Positions 48,190-63,507 of a stretch of 64,000 bases of DNA are shown piece after piece. Both the position numbers and the translations under genes were made by a program. Each line of letters opens with the position of its first letter. Position 1 is the first letter of the stretch. The stretch lies in assembly GCA_001179505.1 (NCBI GenBank), contig CDMY01000436.1, positions 315,607 through 379,606 of the forward strand, written 5' to 3'. This DNA is from Vitrella brassicaformis CCMP3155 (taxonomy: Eukaryota; Protista; Chromerida). Under the pieces are notes generated by a model that saw only the letters and a list, made by a program, of their open reading frames with translations, was not told the origin of the DNA and searched no databases.

Positions 48190-49605
48190 TCAGCCCCCCC
48201 TCTCAACGTCTGACGGGCACAGTCGATCCCACACAGACTGGTCAAACTCACCAAGATGCTCGAGCACCACGTCGGCAATCACAAACCGCTTGTCCACCTC
48301 CCCCCCATGGCGCACATCCGGGACAGCCACACACCTCATCCGGGCAGCCTTGGCAGCCAGCACCCCGTTCAGAGAGTCCTCGATCGCCACACACTGAGTC
48401 GGGTGCACCCCCAGCGCCTTGGCGCAATTGAGATACACCTCAGGATGCGGCTTGCCGTGCTGCAGGTCGCCAGCAGATGTGAGCACGTCGAAGTACCCCC
48501 GAATGCCGAGGCGATCCACGGCCGCCTCGATGAGCGGCATCGCGCTGGACGAGCAGATGGCCATCAGGACCTTCTTGGACTTGGCAAAGTCCAAGGCGTC
48601 CTTCATTCCCTTCATGGGATGGCCGCTCTCCTGGATGTGCTTGACCATTAGCGAGAGGATCAGGTCTCGGAGGGCCCTTCGCGTGATGCCTGTGGCGGCC
48701 TCGTCCCATGGCTGCTCGGCGTACCGCAGTTCGACGATCTCATCGATGCGCAGGCCAGTGGTCTCGCGGCAGTCCTCCTCAGTCAAAATGCGGCCCACTT
48801 TTCCGAAGCCCTCGATCTCCGCCAGCCACCACTGAGGAAAACAAACGGACACGTCAAGCACACACATGAGACAGACAAGCCCCCTCCTTCACTGCGCTGC
48901 GCTGCGCCCTCTCACCAGAGGTTCGCTGTCCAGTAGGCATCCATCCTGTGGGCCGCGCCACACACAACAAGAAAACAGCACAATCGATGCTCAACTAACT
49001 GCCTTTTCCAACCGCCCAGCTTTCCTCTCCCTCTCCCTCTCCCTCTCCACTCACTCACTCACTGCCTGCCTGGCTATCTGCCTGGCTGTTTGCCATCCAT
49101 CCATCCATCCAGGCATCCGTACCAGGTCCACGATAACGCTCTTCAATGGAATGCTGGACGCCGAACGACTCCAAGTACCCATATGAGGGGATGATGATGA
49201 GGCCGGGAGACAACGACGGGATGATGTGCGGATTGGATTGTTCTCACCAACCAGAGGTCCGCTATCCAGTGTGCAGCCACCCTGCACCACACCACACCAC
49301 ACCACACCACACCACAAGCACAACAGCAAATTGCAGCATCGACGCTCGTATGGAGCCCCTTTGGCCTCTCTCCGCGGACTGCCTGCCTGCCTGCCTGGCC
49401 GCCTGCGTGGCAAACACATCAATCGCATACCCGGTCCGCGAAAGCGGTCTTTGAGGGGGTGGTTGATGCCCAATGATTCAAAGTAGAAGTATGCAAAGAT
49501 GAGGATGGGGGGCGACAGGGAAGGGAGGGTGATCCACACCAGACGACGGAAGTATCGCCTGTCGGTGCCGCAGATCCAGTCAACCGTGCGGGACCACCTT
49601 CCCAT
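48190..49605 (-). CDS. HAD-IA phosphatase, YniC/HxpB (2-deoxyglucose-6-phosphatase)-like, possibly with an N-terminal TM anchor
   Basis: Spliced VIVDL|DGCLLDSEPLW|WLAE, TTGLRIDEIV, AICSSS, GKPHPEVYLNCA, CVAIEDSLNGVLAAKAARM. An in-frame upstream hydrophobic stretch LVWITLPSLSPPILIFAYFYF starts from ATG 49605; ATG 49182 is an alternative. Confidence 0.85.
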
Positions 49606-49895
49606 CCTCGGGTGGGTGATACCCCGCCACGCACAGCACCTGGCAGGCAAACCGCCACACACCAACTAAGTGACTCTTTTCTTCAGATCGGACTTTCAGT
49701 CCTCAGATTTGGCAGATGTGGTGCACGGGCCCTTTGCCTACCTTCTCAAATGCCGCGATTGTAAAGGAGTCGCGAGCCTCGAGTCGCGAGCTGAAGCTCG
49801 CACTGGAGGCAGATCTTTGCAGTAGTTTCGAAGCTGGCGCAGCGCTGCACTCATCGGCTGGACCCAGCAGCAGCGTTCATCTGTTTGCCGGAGTA

Positions 49896-52926
<3,031 letters not shown>

Positions 52927-53969
52927 CGCACACACACACACTGTGCTGTCGGTCGCTCTGTCGGTCTCTAATCAATCATTTTGCACACTCACCCGGATGG
53001 ATGGATGGATGGAGCCAAGGTAAGGTGGGCGGGAGCGGAGGGGCGGGCCATGGTCGGTCTTTTGTGTCTCATGACATGTGGTGTTGCTCGTGGGTGGCCG
53101 GTTACCTGACGCAGCTGGCCTGGCTGGCTATAGCGGTGATTTTTTCACGCCACGCATCGCATCGCATGTCTGACGGCGATCGTCGTGTATCTATCGCCTT
53201 TACGTCCGTCTGTCGCGCGTGGAGTGAGTGACGTGTGTGGGGGCAACCATGTGGCCGGCTGGTAGGTCTCTTTTGAGGGGGTTGTGTCCGCCCCGTCCGT
53301 CTGTCTGTCTGTCTGTCTGTGGTTGCTGCATGTGTGTGAAGTGCTTTGATTGACTCCTTTATCATAGTAGGAGGGGAGCCCGGGGGACTGAGGGCGCAAC
53401 CCTACCATACCCACAACGCATTCGATGAGGCAGCTGGGGGTGGGGTGTGTCTGTGTGGGGGGGCAGGCAGCAGCGGACGTTTTGTAAGCAAGCGGGGAAC
53501 TGTCCTTAGTTTTTTTCTTTATCCGTTCATCTATCCCTCTCTCCTGTCTGTCTGTCGTGCCTCCCTTCCTCGCTCCCTCTTGGTGTCTGCTTGTGTTGGT
53601 TGTGTCGTGTTGCGATGCGATGGGTAGTAGCATTTAAGAAGGGCATGACGCACGTACATGCAAAGGTACTTACAGGTCCATCCATCCATTTTGTATCCAC
53701 CTCCTTACCCAGGCTGGCTGTCTGTCTGTGTGTGTGTGTGTGTGTTGTGTGTGCGGATGGACAAGGTCAGTGGACAGGTCAGTCAGTCAGTCCATGAGTG
53801 TCTTTCTGACTCTAATGCGTGTTTGAGTGTTTCAGTTCATGTCTAAACGCCTGACTCTCTCACCCCGCCCTATGTCATGTCTACGCATATCGACACACTG
53901 CCTAACCTAACCCAACCTATCCTCATCTAATTCAGCCTTCCCTTCCCCCTCCCACCGCTGATCGATCGA

Positions 53970-55171
53970 TCAGTTGGTGGCCACCATATGTCTCTTGGGA
54001 GCTCTGTAGTCGACAAAGATGCCTCGTATCGGGTCATATGTGCCTGCAGGCACTCACCACAACACAGCACAGCACAGCACACCGCAGTTAACACATCGGT
54101 CTGTATGTCTGTCTGTCTGTGTCTATCAGTCAGTCAGATCGGCTACAACACTACAAAGAGAAAACGAGCTACGTGGGTGTGGCGGGGCATTCGCGCCATT
54201 CTACGTTGGTTGGACGAATGAGTGCCTACGCACCGGTTTGGAAGGCTGGCGAGACATTGGAAGAGGAGCGGCCGAAGTAGAAGGCCCTGCCCTTGGGCAT
54301 CCCCTGGTGGACCACACTCACGAAGCGCTCCTTTCTCAGCACTCGGGTGTCCACCACAGCGGCAGGGATGTGCAGATCAGACGCCAATGGCGGACCATCT
54401 GAGCCAAAGAAGGGCGGGCACATATACGTGCAGATGTTGTGCCAGGCTCTCCTCTGTGTGTCTGTGCTAAGGCTACTTGAGATGATGTTGTAGAGTGGCT
54501 TCTTCTCCCAGAAGGTCTTGCCGAGACACACATCCGGCGCCGCTCTCTGCCTCTTCGGGTGGCAGAAGAACCGCTGGCTCTCACTCGTGAAGTGCTCCTT
54601 GGCAGTCACGCCTTTACGCATGACCTCTGGGGCCAGCTCCACCTGGCTCCTGCCCTTGCTGGCGTTCGCCTCCCTCTGCTCACGGGCCTCACTCGACAGC
54701 CGCTCCCTCGCCCCTTCCTCGAGGGACGCGTACGCCAGCTGCTGCTCGGTCACCACGCCTGCAAGCGACCTGCCGGCCTTCTGGGTCAGGCAGGGACCTG
54801 CAGACGTGTGTACATGTGAGACACAGATAAGTGTTGGGGCCGGGCCATCTGATGCACTCACTGCGTGAATGGAGACACATGTAAGTACCTATCAGCGGTG
54901 CATAGTTCTTGTACGGGGGAGGGGAGTAGTCAGCCTTGTAAGTCTCCCCAGGCTCCCGCAGGTCACGGTAGGCGCTCTTGCTCTCACCCGCGGCCCGTTC
55001 GGACGGCGACGGCTCCCACTGCTCACAGCCGATGTCGAACTGCTGCCTTTTGAAGGCGTTGGCGAGGTCGGAGGACCTTTTGCCGGTGGGCTTGTCTTTG
55101 CTGTCTTTGCCGATGCCGTTGAAGACGCCCACGTAGTCCCTTGCAAGGTGAATGGGCGTCTGCTCTGCCAT
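53970..55171 (-). CDS. Protein of unknown function
   Basis: Exons MAEQTPIHLARDYVG...YKNYAPLI, GPCLTQK...KPLYNIISS, PPFFGSDG...AFQT, and a possible last exon GTYDPIRGIFVDY...ATN*; alternatively it stops at 54226. Confidence 0.55.
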
Positions 55172-55802
55172 GATGATGCCTGGGGGCGTAGTGCGGTCAC
55201 AGACGGGGGGATCTCCAATCGCAATCGTCGAGACTGCAATGGGCCGCTAGCGCCACGCTGCACTGAGCCTTTTCGCGCTGTGTTGTTGCGTAGACGGCTG
55301 GCCGGCAGTGGCATACGGCAAACAAATGGATTGATTCATAAGCCATCAAATTCGTCGTGCGTCGGAGTGGGTGTTGTGATGGCCATGCCATGCCTCACCG
55401 ATCTACGCACAATGGGGTGTGTGGTATGGTGCGGTGCGTCCGCTCCCCGCAATCTATTGGTAAGGCCGTTGGTTGAGTTTAAAACGTCAGTCAGTCAGTC
55501 ATCGCGTACGTATCAAAGACTCACACATGCACTCACTGCACACGTGAGCGCTCTGTTCTGTCGGACACGACTGGCTGGCTGGCTGGCTGCACACAACGGA
55601 CGGACGGACGGACGGACTCAAGTGCTTTACATATTCTACTATGTAGGCACCAGCTCTACTTCATTCACAGGCCACAAATACGTAAGTATGTACCCCGCAC
55701 CACCCATCCCATTCGCCCATCCCTTCCTGCCTGCCTGCCTGGCTGCCTGCCTGCCTCCATCAATCAGGACAGACAAAGGGGTCAGTCAACACATGAGCAT
55801 GG

Positions 55803-58800
55803 TCACGGCCCGAAGTCGACATTAAGGGCATCGTCGACTGCATCCGTGGGCTCTCTCTCCTCCTCGTCTGCACCACTGCCGCCTCCGCCCCTGTCCCTCT
55901 GGCGGGCTTGCTGTGCGGCCAGTGTGCTCTCGAATATGTCGACCAGCTGCGCCAGCTGCGCCGTGGAGAAGCCGTCCAGGCGGCTGAATGCCGACAGCGC
56001 CCACCTCTTGGCCAGCTCCCTGCCGTCCTCCTTGTCCCCTTTGCCTTTGTCCCTGTCCTCCCAGAGGTCGGGACGCGCGAAGGCCCCCACAGAAATGAGT
56101 GCTCTGAGGGCCGTGAGGAAGCGGACGTCGCTGAGTTCGTGTGCCTTGCCCGTTGGCCAGAGGAGGGCCTGTGTGCATCGGTGGAGGGCGGAGGCGAAGA
56201 GGGGTGCGGGGATGTGGATGGGGTCCACCTCGGCAAAGGCCAGCATGACCGACGGCAGCCTGTCAACCTCGATCTGCGGGCCGTGCTCCAGTGCCGCACG
56301 GTACGCAAACCTCGCCAGGGCGTCTGCAGGGGTGGCCGGCACGGGTGCGTGGTGGAGGGACGGGTGGAAGTACACAGGCCCCCACACTTCCTGCGGCACC
56401 GATGCAGAGACGTGGTGTGGCCGGGCCGGCTGCTGGGCCGTCCAGTTCTGATAGGGCGAGATCCACCTCGGCTTGATGGGCTCGGGCAGCTCGGGGCTGA
56501 CGAGTGAGGTAGCCGTCCCAGACCCATCCAGCGGGTCATCGGCGGCAGAGGGGCCGGGCTGGCTGGGGAATGCGATGGCCGAGAGCTTCTCGGGTGGGAC
56601 GTTCTGCGGGCGCCCGATACGCGGGTTGTCGAGCAGGTCGGGGAGGGCGGGGGCGATGTTGGCCAGGACCATCGGGCCCAGCAGCTTCTCGTCAGCGGTG
56701 AAGAGCTGCAGCAGCCGGTGGACGATCTTGTCGGCCACAGGGCTCTTAAGCAGCAGCTGGTCCTTACGCAGACCATACTGCATTGCACACACAGACGAGA
56801 ACACACACATGGGACATATATTCACTCGCCCTCCCGTCTGTCTGCCTCAGTGACTGACTGACAGACCAGTGTCCGGGACATGTGGACGGCGTCAAGTGTC
56901 GGCAACTGCGTGATAATGACCTCCTCGAAGGGCGTCAGCACCAAGTCGTCGAAGGTCCCCGCCGACCGCAGATGCCAGGCAGCCGACGCCAGCCGCCCAC
57001 CATCCATCGCCAGCAGCAGCTGACGCAGGTTGGACAACAGCTGCTGCGACAGTGCCTGGTTGCAGGCACAACAGCCCAACGACGACAAGATGCACAAGAA
57101 TGATCGTGCGAACGAACATGCGGCTGGTTGTGCGTGTGTTACCCACCCACCGGGTCTATGTGGAGGGCCATAGTGGTGGCTCTGGCGAGAAAGACGATCT
57201 TGTTTCTATCCAACAAGACATCGTCGCTGTGCTTCATGACCTCCGGCACCTTCTGCGAGGACAGACAGACAGACAGAAACCAGCTGCCGCCTCTCTCTTG
57301 TCCCTTGTCTGCTCCGCTCCCTCCTTGCCATCCGTCCCACTGACCGCAGTGATCTCGGCCATGGCGTCCCGAAACCTCTCGCCCGGCTGGGCTCTCACGA
57401 TGTCCAGCACCTCATGGTAGTGGTTGGTCGCCAAAAAGGGCAACTCAGAGAAGGCGTGACGCATCATCACATTCATCGACTCCTCCACCCGCCCGCGCAC
57501 ACCAGCAACCCATTGCTGCTCATCGGCAGTACCGCGGTAACCCATCAGGCCAGACGGCTCATCAGAGGGGGGCGTGTATGCTCCCGGCCCCTGCAGGCGT
57601 GTGAGTGGGAGGTTGGCGGTGATGTTGAGTGCGGTTTGTATGGCCTCGAGTGTGTTGCCGATCTCGATGTGGTGGGCCTGGGGTGCCAGTCGGCAGGCCT
57701 GGCTGGCGAGGACGTCATAGAGCTCGAGGTCGGTCACACCCAGACGAGTGAAGGCCCACAAATACAGCATCACATCCTGATGATCCAGATAGATAACGTG
57801 ACAGACAGACAGACATGGGTATGTATGTGTGCTGTACACCAACGCCTTAATGGACGGACGGACGCATCGCATCTGTCAGATCCTGCCGCCCCGCCCCGCG
57901 CACCTGTGGGGTGTCTAGGTCGTGTGTGCCGGACTTGATGTCGTGTGCCATGAGTGTGAGCAGCTCCTGGTGAAAGCATCCCGCCTTGGCCATGGACCAC
58001 ACCAGCAGCGCCACCCAGTTGTGCTGCAGCAGCGGGTCGCACGCCACCACTCGATCCGCTATCGAACCAAACAGGTCCGTGTCCTTGGCCGTGTAACCCA
58101 GCTTGGCGAACGAGTAGGCCACCACACCGATGTTCAGGTGTGTGCCGGGCCGCTGGTGGGACTTGAGGCGCTTTGGCCGCCGGGTGAGTGCCGGGCTGTC
58201 TGGGGGCGGGTTGGGGTCTGTGAAGTCCAGGTAGTACCTGGCGGCGCGGTCGAGGAACTTCTGGTGGCGGAAGCCGCGCTTAGCCAGCACCCACAGCATC
58301 ACCGACAGCTCAGTCGGGCCGCACTGATACATGTCCCTCTGAGCACACACACACACACATCCATCCATCCATGCGCTCACGGGTGCCCGCTTCCCCTTGT
58401 GCTGTGTTTGGGCTCACCTCGACGCATTTGATGAGGTCCGAGAGGAGTTGTGAGTCGAGCCACCTGGCCTTCTGGAGTGCCCATGCGAGCATGGCGGCAT
58501 CGACCGACTGCAGAGATGAGGCCCCCACCCCCGGCCCCTCCCTCGTCGGGTCGATGGCCAGCCTCCGCTGCACCTCCCTCTTGGCCTCCTCCCAGAAGGT
58601 GTCCTCCATGTATCCGCTCCTCGCACACGCCCACACCATGTGTGTGAACCACTTGCTGTTGGGCATCTCAGACAGCCGCCCGGAGCACTGCTTGATCAGC
58701 CGGTCAAACACCTCCGGCACCACCACCTCTGCCCGGACCAGGGCGTTGGCGAGAGTGCTCAGCTCGCCCAGCGTCAGCTCGTTGCGCGAGGGGGCGGGGA

Positions 58801-61800
58801 GGGGGTACTGCTTGTACTCGTCCTGGTCTTTGAGGGCGAGGTCGCACACGTGCAGGTACACCTCTGGGCGGCTGTACCCCATCTTGGCCAGACACCACAG
58901 GAGGATCGGCAGGTCGTACAGCACCAGCCCGTTCGTGCCACCCCTCGTGTCGTTCACGATGCGCGCCGCGACCGCCTCGGTGAGCTCCTCGTGTGGCTGC
59001 TCCAACACGGCGAAGGCCCACATGAGCATCGACAGCTCCTTGGACCGCAGCCGCGACACGTGGGGCACCACAGCGTCGCCGAAGTACTTGAGGAGCTGCG
59101 GGCAGTAGACGCCGGCGGCCGAGAAGGCCCAGGCGAGGTTGGCGATGTCGCGGACAGTGAAGGCCGAGAGCCGCCGGACGCTCTCACGTGCCAGCCGGCC
59201 GTACACCTGCCGCATGCTCACCTTCGGCAACACGTCAGCCGATACTCCTGCTGATGATAATGCTGTGGGTGTTTGCTGGTCTCCCCGCTCCTCAGGTGAG
59301 ATGGGTGTGGCCGCGAAGAGGTCAAGGTCGGCGAGGTCGACGACGTCATCGCCCTGCGCATCGTCTGAGTACCGCTGTGCCGCCCGGAGTCTTGTGAGTG
59401 CCCAGGTCATCATGACGAACTTGCGGTTGAACTTCTTGGACAAGTCGCTGCCCTGCAAGTCCTTGTCCATGGCCGGCAGCGAGACGGCCACCCCCCTCTC
59501 CTCATCCATGAGCTTGGCGTAGCCCCTCTCAGGCACCTGCAGCCCCTCGCCCGTCGCCAGCTCGTGCAGCAGCACCGTGGCGAAGTCCAGCACCTCTCGC
59601 GGAGCCACCTGGGTGCTCAGCTGGTAGTTGGCCGGACCCGCGCCCTGGTCGTGCCACAAACCCAAAGACACCCATCGAGGATGGAAACCGTCAGACTCGC
59701 TGTGATCGAGGGGCGCCCCACCCCCGCGGCCGTCGATGTCGTCCACCCCCTGCTGGTCCGGCGCAACCACGCCTCGCGGATCGAGGACAAATCCCACGGA
59801 CGCCCACGCGAAGAGGATCTCGGATATGTCAGACACCGGCAAAGGACTCCGCTCGTGCCGACATCGCGCGACGATGGCGAGCATTCGCCAGGTCTCATTG
59901 AGGGCGTTGGCGCTGTCACGTGCGCGCGACAGGGCCCACATGAGTGTGGGCAGCTTGATCTTCTCGATGAGCTCGCGAGAGGGCTGCGAATCGCTTATCG
60001 ACGTTAGCTGCTCCACCAGCTCCTTGCTCCTGTGGTTGACCTCCGACGCCAGTGCAGTGAAGGCCCTCGAGTCCACCACCCCCACAAAGGCAAGCATCCA
60101 CAGCAGAGACGTCAGCTCAGTCCACGACAGGCGGCCCAGCGTGTGTGTGCTATCGCCTTCAGATGACGAGAGGATGACGTCGTCGATCATCCGCAAGAAG
60201 ACGCTCTTCTCTCCAGTCATCCCACGATAGTGCAGAGCAACAATCAGGTCGGCGAGCGTCATCAGGGGCAGCTCCCGAAACCGCTCCGGCGGCACCTGAG
60301 CCAGCTGCGTGATGGCCTCCTTCATATGCTCAGCCGCCTTGGCAGCGGCGCGCGCCACCCACCGCAGAGGCGCCTTGTCCCGGGCCTGCTGCCGCCCCCT
60401 CTGCCGCGGTGGCTCTGTCTGCCCTGGCTGCATCTCCCTCTCAATGATAACAAGAAAGACCCTCTCCACCGATCGCCAGAAGGTCTTGTCGCGGCACCCC
60501 AGGTCAGCCATCTTCCACGCGAGCACACAGAGGTGCTCAGCGGAGCTGCCGACGGGCCAGCTGGGGTCTTTGAGGCCGTCGGCAAGCGCATCAATGGCGG
60601 GGCTGGCGGCGTGCGCGAGTCTTTCCAGCCGCTGCCGGTCCAGCAGGCCGAGTCGTCGGAAGATGTTGAGGACATGCCCCGCCTTGGGCAGCTGCCACAG
60701 CCGCGCGGCGTCCCTCTCGTATACTTCCCACGCCTGGGTGAAGAAGCCCCTCGCTGAAGCAGGCAGGCTGTTAAAGGCGGCATTGCCGACCTTCCCCGGC
60801 CTCCTGCTGCTGTCGAACAGCACGTAAGAGCCCAGGCGGTCGTCGTGGCGTGTGACGTGTGCGTGTCCGAAGTAGGTGTCGCGGAGGAGGGTGACGAATC
60901 GGTGGAAATCCTCGGGCCCCAGCTGGTCGATGGACGACGCAAAGGGCTGCAGAGTGTGCTCCAGCAGAGCGGGGGTCACCTTGTCGGCCAAACGGAGCCG
61001 ATGCAGCACCTCTAGAGCCTGGGAAAAGGTGAACTCAGACAGCCTGCAAGGACACAGCGAGGCAGATACGACCTAACCTCGTGACCCGGGAGGAACGCTC
61101 TTGCTTACCTTGTCTGGAGCTGTTGTGCAGTGGCATCCATGAGAGCGTCAGTGGTGTTGGTCGGGGCCCAGTGGTCAGGTCGCCCTCTACGATAGTGCGC
61201 CGTTGCCACCGCCCCCGCCAGCAGCCGCACAAGGTCGCTGTCTGTGGCGTTGATGTGCTGCAGAGCCGCACTTTCCACTCGCTGCACGGCGTCCCTCACG
61301 GTGCTGCCGACATTCCACCCCCGCCACAGGTCCTCCTCCCGTCTGTGGATCATGCGGACGAGGCGGCCGTAGTCCCCCACCTCCAGCTTGTGCAGCAGGT
61401 GGTCGTCCATCAGGGTGAGGCACGTGACGGCAAGGAGGTCCTTGGTCTTGCTCCGCCGCTCGTTGAGCAGGCTGAAGACGATGTGCGCCGTGCTGTTGGC
61501 ATCCACACTCGCCCATTTCTGGCGGATCCGCTCCTGCCGCTGGCTCAGCAGCGACGAGTAGCTGGGGCCGTCTTCGTTGAACCGTTGCATGTTGTTTCTG
61601 AGCCGCCTGCCGCGGTCATAGGCGAAGAGGACGTTGAAGGGCGACAGCTCGTCCAGACGCTCGTCGACAAACACTGCAAACGACGGGACGTCCTTGCAAG
61701 CCGTGATCTGGTCCCGCACCGCCCGCTCAGAATCCACCCTCCTCAGGTCAACCAGGCCGCCAGCGGCACCACCACTTGAGTCCCCGTTGGCGAGAGTGGG

Positions 61801-62061
61801 TGCGCTGCTGGGCATGGGGATGGCAATCGGCAGCGACACTCTGGCTGGTGGTGGCTTGGTCAGGTCCACCGCAGATCTCCCAGCCGCCGCTCGTAGGGCC
61901 GGTCTGCCGCTCTGCTCGCGCATGCCCTTCCTGATGGGAGATGGCGAGCGGGTCAAGGACGTCGTGAGTGAGTGGGGACTCGGAGGGCGGTACGAGGCGG
62001 TGCGGAGGGGCAGCAGGAGGGCCACGGATATGACGCACAATGATGCTGAATCGAGATGCAT
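55803..62061 (-). CDS. Very large helical-repeat (HPR/OPR-type, 37-38 aa) organellar RNA-binding protein with bipartite leader
   Basis: Repeats FTVRDIANLAWAF...RSKELSMLMWAF (37-aa spacing), LSWTELTSLLWML, LYDLPILLWCLAK, GPTELSVMLWVLAK, QDVMLYLWAFTRL. Leader MHLDSASLCVISVALLLPLRTAS-YRPPSPHSLTTSLTRS. About 1,900 aa by summing exons. Confidence 0.85.
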
Positions 62062-62192
62062 GCTGCCGGTGTCAGCGGACCTTCAGCATCAAAACATGAC
62101 AGATACAGAAGCGTGGTAGCGATACCATCCGAGCCCTCCTCTTCCGGAGAGAGAGCGGTTTGTCGTTGCGAGATCACGCGGCGAAGAGTATC

Positions 62193-62672
62193 ATGATGTT
62201 CTTCCGCTTCCTCCGTGTCGTCCGGCCAGGGCGTATCTTCGAGCCACCGCCCACCTCTGTGCTGTCCCTTCGCCGCCATGTGAGCACCAGCCATAAGGCT
62301 CCGCCTACCGAGGAGCTCCAGAAGGCCATGGACGACTTTCGCCGCTCACAAGAGGACGCTCGGACGGCCAATGAACGCATCAAGGCACTCGAGGAGCAGC
62401 TGCAGCAAATGCGGGAGTCCCAGGATAGGCGCACGCCAACGCCTCCCGATACCGCCATCGACGCCGTCGACTCGCTGTTTAAGTGGTTCGGCCTCGATGA
62501 CTTTCGCGTGTTCGTCGTGTGGGTCGCCGTCACGTCTACCGCGATACTTGCTTGTCACTTTGAGGGGAGAGAGAGAAAGAGTGGGATGGGATGGGATGGG
62601 TGGGTGACAGGCTTGGACGCTGCTGCTGCTGCATGGCATGGATCGCCGGTCGTTGCCCAGTCGGTTGATTGA
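62193..62672 (+). CDS. Small coiled-coil + single-TM protein with mitochondrial-type presequence
   Basis: MMFFRFLRVVRPGRIF...LRRHVSTSHK, coiled-coil ELQKAMDDFRRSQEDARTANERIKALEEQLQQM, TM FRVFVVWVAVTSTAILA. Confidence 0.6.
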   Translation: MMFFRFLRVVRPGRIFEPPPTSVLSLRRHVSTSHKAPPTEELQKAMDDFRRSQEDARTANERIKALEEQLQQMRESQDRRTPTPPDTAIDAVDSLFKWFGLDDFRVFVVWVAVTSTAILACHFEGRERKSGMGWDGWVTGLDAAAAAWHGSPVVAQSVD

Positions 62673-62861
62673 TGTCATGATATGTCTGTATGTGTACGTC
62701 TGTCTGTCTGTCTGTCGTCCTCTGACTGACTGACTGGCACAAATAAGGAATGCATTCACTCACCCACAGAGCGCGTCAAATTGACTGACGACACACATCA
62801 TTATCTGACAGGCACTTATAGTGACTTCCTGACGTGACCTTCTTGAATGGTCTCGTGCTGT

Positions 62862-63161
62862 NNNNNNNNNNNNNNNNNNNNNNNNNNNNNNNNNNNNNNN
62901 NNNNNNNNNNNNNNNNNNNNNNNNNNNNNNNNNNNNNNNNNNNNNNNNNNNNNNNNNNNNNNNNNNNNNNNNNNNNNNNNNNNNNNNNNNNNNNNNNNNN
63001 NNNNNNNNNNNNNNNNNNNNNNNNNNNNNNNNNNNNNNNNNNNNNNNNNNNNNNNNNNNNNNNNNNNNNNNNNNNNNNNNNNNNNNNNNNNNNNNNNNNN
63101 NNNNNNNNNNNNNNNNNNNNNNNNNNNNNNNNNNNNNNNNNNNNNNNNNNNNNNNNNNNNN
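62862..63161. other. Assembly gap (300 N)
   Basis: Run of N followed by C-runs. Confidence 1.
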
Positions 63162-63507
63162 GTGCCCCCCCCCCCCTCCCCTCCCTCCCTCCCTCCCTCC
63201 CTCCCTGTAGAGGGCCATCCCGCGGTAGCTGTCTAGACTACTACACGGACCCATATCTGTAACCAACCCACTACCTGTGTCAGTCACTCCATCCCCTCCA
63301 AATGCACACACCCACACACCCAGCCATCCACTCATAACCCATGAAGAGCACAGCGGCACGGCACACACGAACGAAAGATAGACAGACAGACAGACAGACA
63401 AAGAGGCCACCATAGACACACACAGATAATCGACACCAACACAATACAAAGAAAGCTTAAACCACCGATCTGATCAAAGCATGCATGTGTGTGTATGTGT
63501 CGCTTCG

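Noticed and set aside
53901-53917. cctaacctaacccaacc as an interstitial telomeric repeat
   Set aside because: Only two to three degenerate units, indistinguishable from the (CCAA)n microsatellites common here.
56255-56285. QIEVD as a RAP-domain signature at the end of the HPR protein
   Set aside because: It is followed by RLP rather than GPxH and sits in helical-repeat context with no preceding beta-strand D motif.
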